From NCBI GenBank assembly GCA_964035545.1, contig OZ037768.1, forward strand, positions 3,380,741 through 3,444,740: a stretch of 64,000 nucleotides of DNA, in the 5' to 3' direction. Under the pieces are notes generated by a model. The model was not told the origin of the DNA, made no database searches, and was given only the letters and a program-made list of their open reading frames with translations. This stretch comes from Bugula neritina. Its lineage: Eukaryota; Animalia; Bryozoa. Made by a program: the position numbers and the translations under genes. Shown here piece by piece: positions 21,425-35,040 of this stretch. How positions within the stretch are numbered: the first letter of the stretch is position 1; every line of letters begins with the position of its first letter.

Positions 21425-24400
21425 ATGCCGTAAGTTAAATCATTTAACATACTTTAGTTTTCTTACTGGTTTATTTAAAAAACCGACAGTTTTGTTGAAA
21501 AGAATTATTCAGTAATATTTGTATAATTATAGCTTCCTAACACCACTTGTTATCAGTCAACAGTTAGAACATTATATTATAACACTACGTATTATATTAT
21601 TATACTTAATTATTATTATACTATATTTTCATTATATTACATTATTATTATTTTATATTATGTTTTTATTATATTATTACATTATTATTATACATTATTA
21701 TATTGTACTATTATGTTACATTATATTGTTTGTTTGATTCTAGTTTGTCTGCGTTGTTTGAAACGATTGCCCAGATTGGGAGATTCACCCGCAGATGGGA
21801 TGACGACTTCTGTGATAAACTGAACCACGTCTTGTCTCCCATCGTACTACTTAGCATGACCATTGTAGTCAGTCTGAAGCAGTACGTGGGCGAACCAATC
21901 GTGTGTTGGTGTGAGGGCACGTGGTCAGGTAATTGTAAACCTAGCTCTCTGCTACTCCAGCAAATAATTACCTGCATTGTTTTAATTAAAGCATCCATTC
22001 TATGTTAATTAATTTGAATACATTATATAAATGTGTGCTAACGCTGCAAGTGGTCAACTCATGTTTATAAACACTCTACGCAGTCCAAAGTATGCCAAGT
22101 TTGTGTAGGAATAATTCTCTCCTGAAGTTCAACGGGCCCCTAGTTTTTACATTTATATGGGGAATTTCTAAGTGAAGAATTCAGTACTCAGGTGCAACCT
22201 TTCAATACCGTACCTATGCTGGATTGTAACTGGACAATATTATGTTGAATTCATTATAAACTTTTATTCCAGTATTCTAGCAAAACTCTGAAATAAATTG
22301 AGTTGCTTTCTATTTTGAGAAACTCTCATCATTCTAAGTGAGCTTGTTGCCATGGAAACAATTGATTTAATAAACTTGTGTAGTTTACATGAATTTAGAA
22401 ACACTAAAGTGTGTGACACGCCTTGCATTTAATCAAATGCTTTTCAAAAAAGTTTTACAACATAATATGATTGAGCTTTTGGATTAAAAAAAATTTGTAT
22501 CTTGTTTATATACACACCAAGCTACTCAGTCTACTTCTTTTCATAATTAAGACACATTACATACTAAAATTATTCTGAAAACAAAGCTCCAACACTAAAA
22601 GAGCCATTATTTTGTCAAAGAAAAGTGGATCTTGTTTTTTAAATTAACTATTGTTTCAAATTTGATATATATTTCTTATTACAATACGACTTAGGCTCAC
22701 AAATGTATAGCCTACAGTATAAGAAAATTTCATGTGATAATTGTAGGGGCCATGATAGACTATGCTCATCAGATATGTTGGGTGTCCAACACGTATTACT
22801 TACCACCTCATAAGGCCCCTCTCCAACCCAGTGACCTTAGAGAACAGGTTCTTATATATTATCAGGTTGGTAAATTTTATCATGTTACTATTATGTTTAT
22901 TTTACAAAAGCGTTTATAACACAATAAAATATCTATTTACATAAATTGCTAAGTTATTTAAAGATATTTACAAATTACACCTAACTCTTTTAGTTTTTAG
23001 TAACCTGCTAAATTTACTTAATCTAGAAAATTGCCAAGAGGAGGTGTTATAGCATGCATCAATTGTTTTTAACAATATTATCATATTTTTAGATTTAATT
23101 GATATTAGCTGGCAATATGTTATTAGTTTATAGTCTGAGTTATGTAATATCTGTAATATCTTAATTTGAACTAGTATGTGTAGCTCACTTCTAGCCTGCA
23201 AGTAATTTGGATGAATACATAGTTTTGATGATTAAGCTATGATTTTTCACAGAAATATTTTTTAAGACAATCATATAATTGGCTTAAGGAACATAATGTG
23301 GTTGTGAGTAGGCAAATCATCACTAGTGGTGATGCAATAGTAGTCTTATGTAACACGCAGGTAGGTAAGGTAGACACCTCTAGCTTCTGTTGCTGTCTGT
23401 CTATCATAAGGTCAGCAACACCCACTCCAAACTCATTTCACTTGTTGAGTGGAGTGACAGCAGCTAACATGTAATGCTGTAATTAGCTTAAATTTTTCCA
23501 ATAATGCTTCCATACTTCCAAGATGAGTGATGAACTCTTATTAAATGTAATATATTATCATAACATATAACCATATAATATAATATATATTATAATATAT
23601 ATTATCATAATTTCATATATGTAATCATATATATTATCATTGATTATAATATATATATTAATATATTGTCATATATAATATATTACATAATAATGATTAT
23701 ATGATACTGCATAATACATTTTATTGTCATACAGCATCATATACGAGTAATATCAAATATATTCATATTTTAATACATTGTTTGAGCTAAAAGAATAGAA
23801 ATTCTATATATTTTTAAATATATGTTACACTTATAAGTTATTGTAATATACTATTGAATTTATAGAAGTTGATTAAATTTATTTATCTGCTAGACACAAG
23901 CATGTAAAACATAAACTAAGCATATAATGGGCGGAGTTTAGTTTCATGTATATGTACAATATTGTTCCCCCTCCTTCTTTAGTGGGTGCCCTTTATCCTG
24001 TTGGGTCAAGCTTTCTTCTTCTTACTTCCTGGTCTGCTGTGGAATATGATGAGCCAGTTCATAGGCCTAGATCCTAACAGAGTTGCTAGGACTGTGTCGG
24101 GCATGGATAACGTCAACCCTGAAGTAATTGTAGTTAATTCATAATAGATTGCGACTACTATTGTATCTAATGTACCTAAGAGACTCCGTCGCACTGATTA
24201 TGCATAACAAAGCTCTTTTGGAGATATATCTAGCTTTTCTTGTTAATGTCTAGGCTTTATGCCATTATGTAATAGAATATAGATACTTCAATGGTTTGGG
24301 TTTATAGCAAAGTTTGAAGGAAAGCAAGTAGTAATTTTTTGATGCTGTGTTATTCAGTTTTGGAATGCAATAAATCCTTATATATACACTACTTCAAATT

Positions 24401-25994
24401 ACCCACAGAAAATAGTAGTAATAATATAAAAAAATAATAATTAATATAGAAAATAGCATCAACAAAATTTCTATTTATTTAATATAAATACCAACTTAGT
24501 AATCACTAGGAAATTCTGTTAGCTGTATAGTTAAAAATTTGGTAGAGAATTATGTGCCTAAATAGAATCAGTAAGTATCCTGTGTGTTGAATAGAGGAGG
24601 ATATCTGGAGTTGTAAGATCAATAATGACGTGTGATACTTGCACTTCACACTATGGTCTATAATTCTAAGTATTTCTTTATAGGTTCGAGACAAGACTGT
24701 CCGCTGTCTTGTTAAGCAGATAGATAGATCTTTGGCTATATCTGTATGGAGAACTAGGGGAAAGATAACTGACTGTATGAAGAAAGCTCACAACTTGCTC
24801 TGTATAATCGGATGTGGGAGAGGCTTTGGGAATTATCTTATCTCTCTCTATATCTTCTGTAAACTGATTTATATTGGTAAGTTAAGATGGTGCAATATCT
24901 GGTTGAAATCAAGATACAGCAACTTATTATGTAGAATATCTGCTGGTTTTTTTACTTACTCAGCACCTTTAAATAGCAGATGTAAATACTAAAAAAAATA
25001 AAATCGATTTTCACATTATTTATGAAATATTAAAACTTGTTAATAATAACTTGTGTTATAATAAAAGCAATTCTACATGGGCTCTGCGCTGTAAAAATAT
25101 TATATATGTATGCTATCTTCTATTGCTTGAAAATTTTAATATATGAGTCATTATTATAGGGCCTAAAATGATATTTGAAAAATTTTTGAATTAAATATGT
25201 TCACATATTAACAAGATATTACACATAAGCTAAAGCCATTATGTTGTGGTCATGTATTCGTAAAACTCAAGAAACATTGTTTATGTCATCTTTGAGTCCA
25301 AAATCTTTCTTTAGGTAATTCAGTGGGTCAGCTGTTTGGTTTGAACTTCTTGTTGGGCACAGAACAACTGGGCATACATTACCTGTACTATGGAGTGTAC
25401 GCGTTAGGACTATTGCTATCTGGACAGGATATCAGCAATGGCAACAAGGTGTTTCCCCGAGTGACCATGTGTGACTTCACTATCCGACAGATGGCCAACC
25501 TGCATCAATACACCATAGAATGCACTCTGCCAATCAACCTGTTTAATGAGAAGATCTTCCTCTTCATTTGGATCTGGCTGGTGCTCGTGACCTTTATAAA
25601 CTTCCTCAGCCTTCTCTTCTGGCTCAGCTCTCTCTTCACCATAAGTCGCACGGCGTACGTCAATAAATACTTATTCATCTCGGAGAGAATGAGAAGACGG
25701 CCGTGTGACAAGAAGCACTTGCGCTGCTTTACTGAGTATTACTTGAGACAAGATGGAGTCTTTCTGATACGTATGCTGTCGAAAAACACGAGCGATGTCG
25801 TGGTTTCGGAGGTCGCGTGCAAGCTATGGGACCATTTTATTCTCCACCATAGCAGACGGGCAGAATTCCACAGAAACCTTTGTGTGACTGAAGGCTTAGA
25901 CCTAGAAATCATGGTGTCTGACAGAAATGGAAATCATGAAAATAATGGAATTAATAGCACAACTCCCACAACACCAGGCAACATATTTCCATAG
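21425..25994 (+). CDS. Innexin 1 (gap junction protein), about 440 aa; first exon ambiguous (see findings)
   Basis: Exons 21425-21429 (candidate), 21744-21928, 22747-22865, 23983-24123, 24684-24876, 25315-25994. Motifs [65 protein letters not shown]. Confidence 0.95.
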
Positions 25995-27086
25995 TCACCT
26001 ATTTTGACACTATATTATATTACAGCCTTGCCTTGTCTAGTTTATTATGAACACCATATTTAATCATATTACATAATATCATGGAAAACATTTTTGCTAC
26101 CTTTTATTCAAGAGAAAATTATTTACGGAGTGTTAATGGGCTACATAGCCTAAAACAGACTCAATAATAAGTCCTATCATAGCCGCTTGCATATTCGCAA
26201 TACACAGATATACACAAACACTTGGTACACAGTCTAATACAAATTTATTTATCGTCTCAACACAGACCAGCCTTAGCTGAAGCACAAAAAAAAATGCAAA
26301 ACACATTTAAAGAAGATGAGAGGTTGACATGTCATTTGCAGGTGAGTCGAACATTTAAACATTTAGTTATCATTTAAATATTATGTTATACTATAGAATA
26401 CTTTATCCATTTCATAGCATCAATCCCATTTATACCAATAGTTTGAAGCATTTGTGTTTGCTAAACATTGTTTTTACAAACTAGAGGTAAAATAAAATGC
26501 CCCCCCCCCCCCCCTTTGAGTGGTGAGGCTGTTATTATGCTGTTATTTAAGTATCTTAATTATTGTAGAGAGCTTTGTTGTAGAAATCCGTGGCTAATTA
26601 AAGTAAAAACTGCTCGAAAATAATTTCCATGTGTTACACCATTATTGGATTTTCCTACTAAATTAGGTTTTTCATTAACATTGCCACTTATAAATGAACT
26701 GAATATCTCTATTAGTTGAATGCCTGAAACATGCAGAGAGTTATAAACTATACGGAGGTCTGCGTTCTAATTAATCTAACGAACCATCAGATGTAATTTA
26801 TGACCAATTTCAAACTAATCAGCATTTGCAGCTAATTTTTGTAACATCAAATTAGTGTAGATACAACACATAGTATAAATCATTGCCCAAACTAAATTCT
26901 AATTTGCTAGCATGTATATACAACTATTATACTGTTAGTACATAATTATATCCGCAACCAAATATTGTATGCTACTTAATCAGCATGTTACAAAATATCT
27001 ATTCTTCGGCAGTTTACTTTCATTCAACCCAGCAACATGTACAAACTCGTTCTTTTATGTCTTGAGTAAAATTATTAACAGCAAAC

Positions 27087-29983
27087 ATGGTTGGCTCGTA
27101 AGTTAACATAACTGTTACAAAATTACATGATATTATTTTACATGCTTGTAGCTAATAGTCATATTAAGAACTGTAAATACATACATATATTTTATTGCAC
27201 TAACTAAATTATATTCTTGTTCATATTGTGACTTTTTCTGTAGAATATCCAGCTTCCTAGATGGAGTCTCTCGAATGGGAAAGTTTGCTGCTCGGTGGGA
27301 TGACGATTTCATTGATCGAATCAACCACAGATACTCCACTGTTATTTTGGTTATTTTCACGGTAATAGTCAGCACTAAGCAGTACGTTGGGGAGCCTATA
27401 GTTTGCTGGACACCCGCCCTATTTACTGGTAAGTTTAACCTACAGTTCTCCTGAGCTAAGATATTATGACAAGAGGGTTAACACATCTCTGCTTAATAAA
27501 ATATAAAGAAGTTACAGAAAAATTGCTATTTTCAATAACCTGAAAAAATTTTGTGCAAATAGCTATTAATTTTTTGTGAATTAAAATATGTATATTAAAA
27601 TCTAAGATAATTATTTTAATCGTCCGTAATGTCTACAGCATATCATTATAGCATATTATGTTGAATACAACTGGCTTTTTTTTAAAATTCATCTGGAAAA
27701 CTTTTTACAAAAGTGTTTCATTATTTAATGTAATTTTTGATGCTAACAGCCAAAACAAGATTTTAAAACTTTTTTAAAATTTGTCTTAGAAATATTATTA
27801 TTAAGCTAGTTGAAACTTTAGCTAAAATTTTATTTTATTATATCATGAAGTACTGATTTTTTTAATTAAAGCCTGTTGAGTTTAATTTATAATTATTTCA
27901 AAACATTTAAAAACACACATACATAATACAAAGCAACAATTTGAAGAAACACACTAGTGTATCACATATTGATAAGGACACTGTTGTTAATAAACAAATA
28001 TATAATGAATAAATGTATATATATATTATAATGATTTCCACGGTAACTTTTAAGAATCTCGTTTGTAGGTGCAATGGTGGATTATGTACACCAAGTATGC
28101 TGGATATCAAATACTTACTACTTGCCTCTCAACAAAGCTCCTCTGACCAAACTGCAACCCAGAGATGAAGTGCTGACATACTATCAGGTAGTCAATAGTC
28201 AATAGTAAACAGTCAATAGTCAATAGTCAATAGTGAACAGTCAATAGTCAATAGTGATTAGTCAATAGGGACTATAATGCAAGTACAGCAACATTAAATT
28301 TGGCCAATAAAAAGTTTCACCAACTTGTCTTACATTGAAAAAGTGAAATTATGCGTAGATTGTGGAGCAAATTTTGTAATGATATTTAGAACAACTAATT
28401 AGATTTCCTTGAGGTCAGCTGTTGGGTATTGATACAGTATGACACAATCTGAGACAAAATGATACAATGTGATACAATTTATCACGACGTGACACGTTTG
28501 TCTTAGTAACCATATATTTCTTGGTTGAAATTTGTACAGCTTAATGTTGCTCTTAAATATTTTTTTGCTGCTTCACAATTCTAACTATTTCTCACCAACA
28601 GTCTATGATTTTAGTACGTCAATTCTTAACTTGATATTTAGGTAAACATTTTATTGAAAGAAAATTTAGCTACCCTGTATTGTTTCTCTAGTGGGTGCCT
28701 TTCATCTTACTGTCCCAGGCATTTCTCTTTCAACTGACAAACATCTTATGGAATGTATTTAGCAGCAGGAATGGTCTTAATGTCAACAGATTAATCATGT
28801 TACTTGGTGCTTCGGAGAATGTTCAGCCCGAGGTAGGAAAGACAACTCTAACAAGTTGCAAATCATTCATTTCACTTGCACAAAATAAACTTATATATAT
28901 TCTTGTAAAAACTAAATGTTTTATTACATGTTTGCATTTTAGAAGCGAGAGGAGGCAATTTCTACTGTCGTTAAAAGCTTGGACCAAGCCTTCGCTTTCT
29001 CTTACTGGAGGCAACGAACAACTCTATTCAAATGCTTTTCAAAAGTGAAGAGGTTTTGTTGCGTCACACTCTGTGGAAAGGTCTACGGGAATTACCTTAC
29101 TGGCTGTTATTTGCTGTGCAAACTGTTCTACATAGGTAAACTATAAATGCTTAGATTAAGCCAAATGCAGTTAAATTTTATATAAAAAAGAGGAGAGTTT
29201 AGTTTTTGTTTTATATTCAGCTGCCATTTTGGTATTTCCTTCTACTAGTCAAATATGTTCGAAAGGCAATAATTTTGCATATATACATGTAATACGTTCT
29301 TTGCAGGTAATGCAGTGGGTCAAATCTATTTACTCAACTACCTGCTAGGGGCTGAAAACCTGGGCTTAAATTACTCAGAATTTGGCATTCACATTGTGCA
29401 GCTGCTCTGGAATGGCAAGGATGTTGGTGAACATAGCAAAATATTCCCACGAGTCACAATGTGTGATTTTAAAATTCGCCAATTCTCCAATGTCCAAGAC
29501 TATACGGTCGAGTGCGCTTTGCCAGTCAATCTGTTTTCTGAAAAGTTCTTCATTTTTCTATGGTTTTGGATCGTTTTAGTGTTTTTTGCTAATGCGTATA
29601 GTTTCCTCTCGTGGCTTTGGTGCACTTTTACTATTAGCCGAGTGCAATATATCAAAAAGTACATCAAATTGATTGAAAGAGTGAAAAAGAGTGATCGAGA
29701 CATGACGCATATTTCCTGTTTTGCCGAGGAGTATCTGAGACATGACGGCATCTTCTGTCTGAGGATGATATCTGCTAATGTTAATGATGTCACCACCGCC
29801 CAAGTGATAGCCTCACTTTGGAGTCATTACAAGAGTCATCACCGGGATTCCCCAGAATACCATAAAAAACACAGATGGCTCAGAGAAGATAACTCCGATG
29901 TTGAAGCATATGCTGACAGCTATGAAACAGCAAAATTCAACACCAAGCCGGCTCTCAGATTTTCTGCCAACACAGAAAATTGA
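27087..29983 (+). CDS. Innexin 2, about 441 aa
   Basis: Exons 27087-27097 (MVGS), 27244-27428, 28069-28187, 28692-28832, 28943-29135, 29307-29983. Internal exon sizes 185/119/141/193 are identical to innexin 1. Motifs [22 protein letters not shown]. Confidence 0.95.
28189..28268. repeat. 7-bp (tagtcaa)n repeat beginning at the innexin-2 intron 3 donor
   Basis: CAG|gtagtcaatagtcaatagtaaacagtcaatagtcaa... Confidence 0.85.
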
Positions 29984-30966
29984 AAATGCATTTCAGATTT
30001 GTTTTCTTGTACCACTGCTAATTACATGTAACAAATGTAGTTATATTATGCTAGTTTTTACATGTGTGGAGACATTTACAAGGCATGCACTATTTCTGTG
30101 TATTGTTTTTTGTCAACCTTCACATTTCTATTAAATTCATCTCTCATGTGGTATTTCTAAGCATGAATTACAAGAAGTTCTTTCATTTTGCGAAGAATTT
30201 TCTTTCTAATTGCGAAGAATTTCTTTCACCTCGATTAGTTAAAAAGTTTCATCCTAAACTCAAAGTAAAAATTCTGAATATTAAATAGTTAGGCTATTGA
30301 GTCTGTTTTCATCAAGTTTTAGAAACTAAAATGCCAAAGCCAAAGAGTTTTTCAACACACTTTTAAATAAAAAAATCAACTGTTAAAAAGTTATTCGACT
30401 ATTAACCCGACTGTCACCAGCTGACCACAGCCACCTTTACTACCATCTAATATGTTCCTTAGAGCTGCATGATTACTCTATGTTATACCACAATGGTTTA
30501 TCTACTTATATAACCCACTGCTCTTACTCAAGCATATATTATATCCACTGCCTTTCACACTCCAATATCCTTATTGTTTTAATTACAGATGTTATTATAG
30601 GAGGTGCACTATGTTTATTATATCCAGTGATATATTTATTTTGTATGCTAGAGCTGCAAAATCTTATCTAATTATCTTCATAATTAAAAATATTAGTTGC
30701 CAGAATTAGTTCAAAGCTGGTAGTACAAGTTTAGTGTGAGTGTGTGTGTGTCTAGTATAACTATTATTAATATACAGTAAAACATTTCAACTGCTTAAAA
30801 AATACTTTGTTATGATAGAATATCATGCTTAATGTAATCAAACAGTTGTTGCTTTGGCATTTACTTTGTAAATTTGGTGCAACCTGCAGTTAGGCTTATA
30901 TGAGTAGGTTATGAAGTATTTGATTATTCTACTTGCAATGTACTGTGTACCACATTATATAAGAAA

Positions 30967-33662
30967 ATGGAAGAATTCGGCTATACGTAAGTATTTCCTA
31001 GCAATTTCCAATGTTGCTTCATGACGTTTTAGTATTTTGCAAATCTTTTTTGGTTTATAAAATTCATATTTGTATGATTTCTCTGTACTTACAAATGTTA
31101 GATAATAGAATATTATAAACTAAATCACACCTACGTTACCATAGCTTTTTGTTGATTACAGCTAACAGTCAACAGGAAGTTATGACATGGTGTCTTTAAC
31201 TTCCTCCACTAAATTCCCTTTTCATAAAGCCTCAATATCATTTTGACCCACCAGTTCCCTAGTTTTGCATCCCTCAAACTAACTTAATACAAAGTAGTTG
31301 TACCAAACCTATGTTAGCTATACCCTTTTATTATATTTCTACAATGATATAGTGGTCTGTTCAATTCATTGAAAGAATGAAGCTGAAGTTTATACCCGCG
31401 GGCCAATCTTTTGTAGCATGTCCGGCTTCCTGGAAGCCGTGGCAAAAGTTGGTAAATTCTCGTTGCGATGGGATGACGACTTCTTTGATAGATGTAGTCA
31501 CAGATACACTGTGATCATACTGGTGGTGTTTGTGGTGGTAAGTTATCTGTCAGCAGTAGAACTCCCTATGCAGTCAGCTAGTACTTTCAGTATAAAACGT
31601 TTGAATCTGATGAATTTTTATTGTTGTACAAGCTGTGATAGCTTTATAGCACTCCCTGAATTATTAGTAAAAAAATAAACAATTTTTGTTGCATTCTTGG
31701 TTTAGAAATTTTCTAATGTTTTCAAAGAATATATTTTAGATAGAAGCAAATACTGGTTTTTAATCCAGTTTGCTGTAATTAGTAAAACAAATTGCAAAAG
31801 TTTTTACATATATCTAGGTTTAAGCTGCTAATTAAAAAAGTCAATACCATAACATTGTATTATAAATTCCTCTAAAGAAAAAAAAATTAAGTGACATATT
31901 ATTTTGCTGATCCGTTGTCAAGGTAACCAGCACTAAACAATATGCCACATGTGTATACATTCTGTTGTCAAGGTAACCAGTACTAAACAATATGCCACAT
32001 GTGTATACATTCTGTTGTCAAGGTAACCAGCACTAAACAATATGTCACATGTGTATACATTCTGTTGTCAAGGTAACCAGTACTAAACAATATGTTGGAG
32101 ACCCAATATCCTGTTGGTGTCCTGCCACCTTTACTGATCCAATGATTGAGTATACAAATCATATATGCTGGATTAGCAACACTTATTATGTGCCCATGGA
32201 AAAAGTACCAGAAAAGCACTGTGAGTACACAATATTATTTTTCCCAATTTATTATAGTACGCATGTGTTGAGATAGTTATAATAATTATAGGCATGCATA
32301 GTAGATACGAATATAATTATCCCATGTGCTGCAATTAAGTGATGTGCTATTGTATATGATATCAAAGTCAATATGGCGGAAGACTTCAATTTAATTATGG
32401 TGCAAAGGAAATACTGAGGCACTTTTTCATTTATCATTAAATTAAATGCTTATGCTGATGTTCAGAGAGTTAGAGATGCTTGGGAAAGTAATTGCAGCTT
32501 TTGATTAACAGTGATAATAAATTAAAAGCAAGCTTGTTACAACCTAACAACTTTTTGTTAGCAAGTAAATGCTACAACACTGTGTGGTAGAGTTTATATC
32601 GAAAAAGAAAGCGACTCCTTGAATAACTGAGTGAATTGTATGTTCTAAATTATTACAGACATTCCCAGGGAAGAGGTGATCAGTTATTACCAGTGGATCC
32701 CTCTGGTGCTACTTCTACAGACACTGTGTTTCTACACCCCCAGCATCATCTGGTCAGCTCACAACAGTACCTTTGGTGTAGACATCAACAGGATGGTGCT
32801 GCTAGTGTCGGGCGTCGAGCACATCAATCCTGACATCCGCGACAAAACAATTAAATTCATCTGTAGACACTTTGACAGAGCACTGGCGTATCAGCGAGAG
32901 TATCGGAAAGGAAGAGTGAGGCAATGCATGCAGAGGTTAGCCAGTTATTGCTGCTGTCCTGTAGGGAAGCTATACGGTAACTACCTCATTACTCTAAACT
33001 TGTTCGTCAAGCTGCTTTATATCCTAAATGCTATTGGACAGTTCTGGCTGCTTAATGAGTTTATATCAAATGATGTCGAGAAATTCACCTACTACGGGTA
33101 TAAAGTCTTGCTGGATATTTGGTATCAACGAATGCCAGATAATCGAATGTTTCCCAGGATAACTTTATGCGATTTTCAGATCCGGCAAATGCAGAATGTA
33201 CACGACTACACAGTGCAATGCACTCTGCCAATCAACTTATTCAATGAGAAGATATACATATTCCTCTGGTTCTGGATATTGTTTATAGCTTTAGTGACAA
33301 TCATAGGCTTTGTTTATATGCTGTGGACACTGTTTGCTATGAATCGAGTCACATACTTAAGGAAATATCTTCGGGTCATGAATAAGATCAAGAAATACAA
33401 TCCTACAGATGAGCGCTTAGTTAAACAGTTTGTAAACGAGTACCTGCGCCAAGATGGTGTCTTCGCTCTCAGACTAATGGCTAAAAATACTAATGATGTG
33501 ATAACAGCAGAGGTCATTGGTGCTCTCTTTGAGTTCTACAAAAAACATTACAAGCCTGCAAAAGCCATGATAGCCAGGGATGCAGACATACCTTTATCTT
33601 CCAGTGTTGGCTCTATGCCAAACTATGCTCCACCTTTGAACGCGCCTCCTGCATGCGTTTAA
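30967..33662 (+). CDS. Innexin 3, about 430 aa, 4 exons
   Basis: Exons 30967-30986 (MEEFGYT, phase 2), 31417-31537, 32073-32220, 32659-33662. Motifs DDDFFDRCSH, KQYVGDPISCWCP, SYYQWIP, FPRITLCDF, YLRQDGVF. Confidence 0.95.
31914..32095. repeat. 50-bp tandem repeat (4 junction copies) containing the innexin-3 intron2/exon3 junction
   Basis: gttgtcaAG|GTAACCAG(c/t)ACTAAACAATATG, with AG at 31921-22, 31971-72, 32021-22 and 32071-72. Confidence 0.97.
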
Positions 33663-34035
33663 AGGTCTAAGTAATAACAGCATTTTATTTTTATATGATT
33701 TAGAGTTAATTTCAAAGGCATAACCAAAAACTGTTTTATAATAAAATCAATCACTATTTGATATAAAATCTACTAATATAATATCAACGTACTATATATA
33801 AATTTATTTCTGGTAGATAAAAAAGCTTGTATAAACTCAATACACTAAAATATTAAACATAATTCTTTCATAAATTTTCTAAAAGCAATATTACTTTGAA
33901 AGAGCTTCTTTTTGTATTTTCTAAAATTAGTATATAGTATATACATTGATGGAATATAATATAAGTAAAAAAACTATTATGAAATGTGTTTAGTAACTTG
34001 ATATTTAGAATATTTTAGTTCATCACATATAATTT

Positions 34036-34735
34036 AGAATAGTGAGTTTGTTTGTTTGTTTTTATTGCACCAAATTGACAGAGAGTTTAGATCTTGATTT
34101 ATAGCTTCCAAATGGGAGTTCAAATCTTTTGATTCAAAAAATAAATTAGTGTCGTCGGCATAGAAAATGGGATTAAAAAGTTTAAATTGTTGAGCAAGAT
34201 CGTTTATATATATCAAAAATAAGGTAGGGCCCAAGACAGATCCCTGGGGAACCCCACAGGTCACTGATCGTGAACTTGATAAGGTTGCATTTACTAGTGT
34301 GGAATGACTTCGGTTTGATAGGTAGTTAGCAACCCATGACACTGTGGATTCACTAAAACCAAGTTTTCTCATTTTTGCAAGTAAAATATTGTGATTTATA
34401 GTGTCAAAAGCCTTACTAAAATCTATAAAAATTCCGAGAACGCAATTTCCATTGTTAAAAGCTTCGAGCGTATTATTTTTAAATTTAACAACAGCATCTG
34501 CAGTACTTAAATTTTTTCGAAAGCCATATTGATTCTTAGAAATCAAATTTTTAGATTCTAAAAAGTTTAAAATTTGATTGTTAACAATTTTTTCAAGTAT
34601 TTTACTAAAAATGGGGAGGATTGAAATAGGGCGGTAGTTTTCACATCTGTCATGAGAACCTTTTTTGTAGAATGGTAATATTTTAGCAGTTTTAATTTGC
34701 GCTGGAACAATTTTTTCTTCTATGCTTTTGTTAAA
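34036..34735 (-). mobile_element. Truncated non-LTR retrotransposon (LINE) reverse transcriptase fragment
   Basis: The frame is open upstream of the listed ORF: FNKSIEE..KTAKILPFYKKG..NYRPISILPIFSKILEKIV, then QYGFR, FIDFSKAFDTINH, GVPQGSVLGPTLFLIYINDL and YADD. Both ends are truncated; an 8-bp CAAA slippage follows WCNKNK. Confidence 0.93.
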
Positions 34736-35040
34736 TCTAGTAATATACTAGACACTTGCTAACAATATACTAGACACTTGTTTGTTTGTTTGTTTGTTTG
34801 TATTTATAAGTCTATCAAATTGCATTTTTGAAATGAAAATATCAAAAGTTTCTATTCAAGTTTCAGATAGAACTGCTATGTTATGAGTTAATATATTATT
34901 TTACAATCGTAATAATATTGTTATACCTCATTGTTAATTGTGAAATTATGTGATATAATACAAATTATGAGTGTCTTTGTGTCTTACAATATGATTACCA
35001 GTTGTGTGTGAGAAACAGTAGAATTTACAGCGTAGTTATC

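Noticed and set aside
34044-34062. (TTTG)n beside the RT fragment as a LINE 3' tail
   Set aside because: It is a CAAA slippage inside RT coding sequence (WCNKNK then LTI), not a tail.
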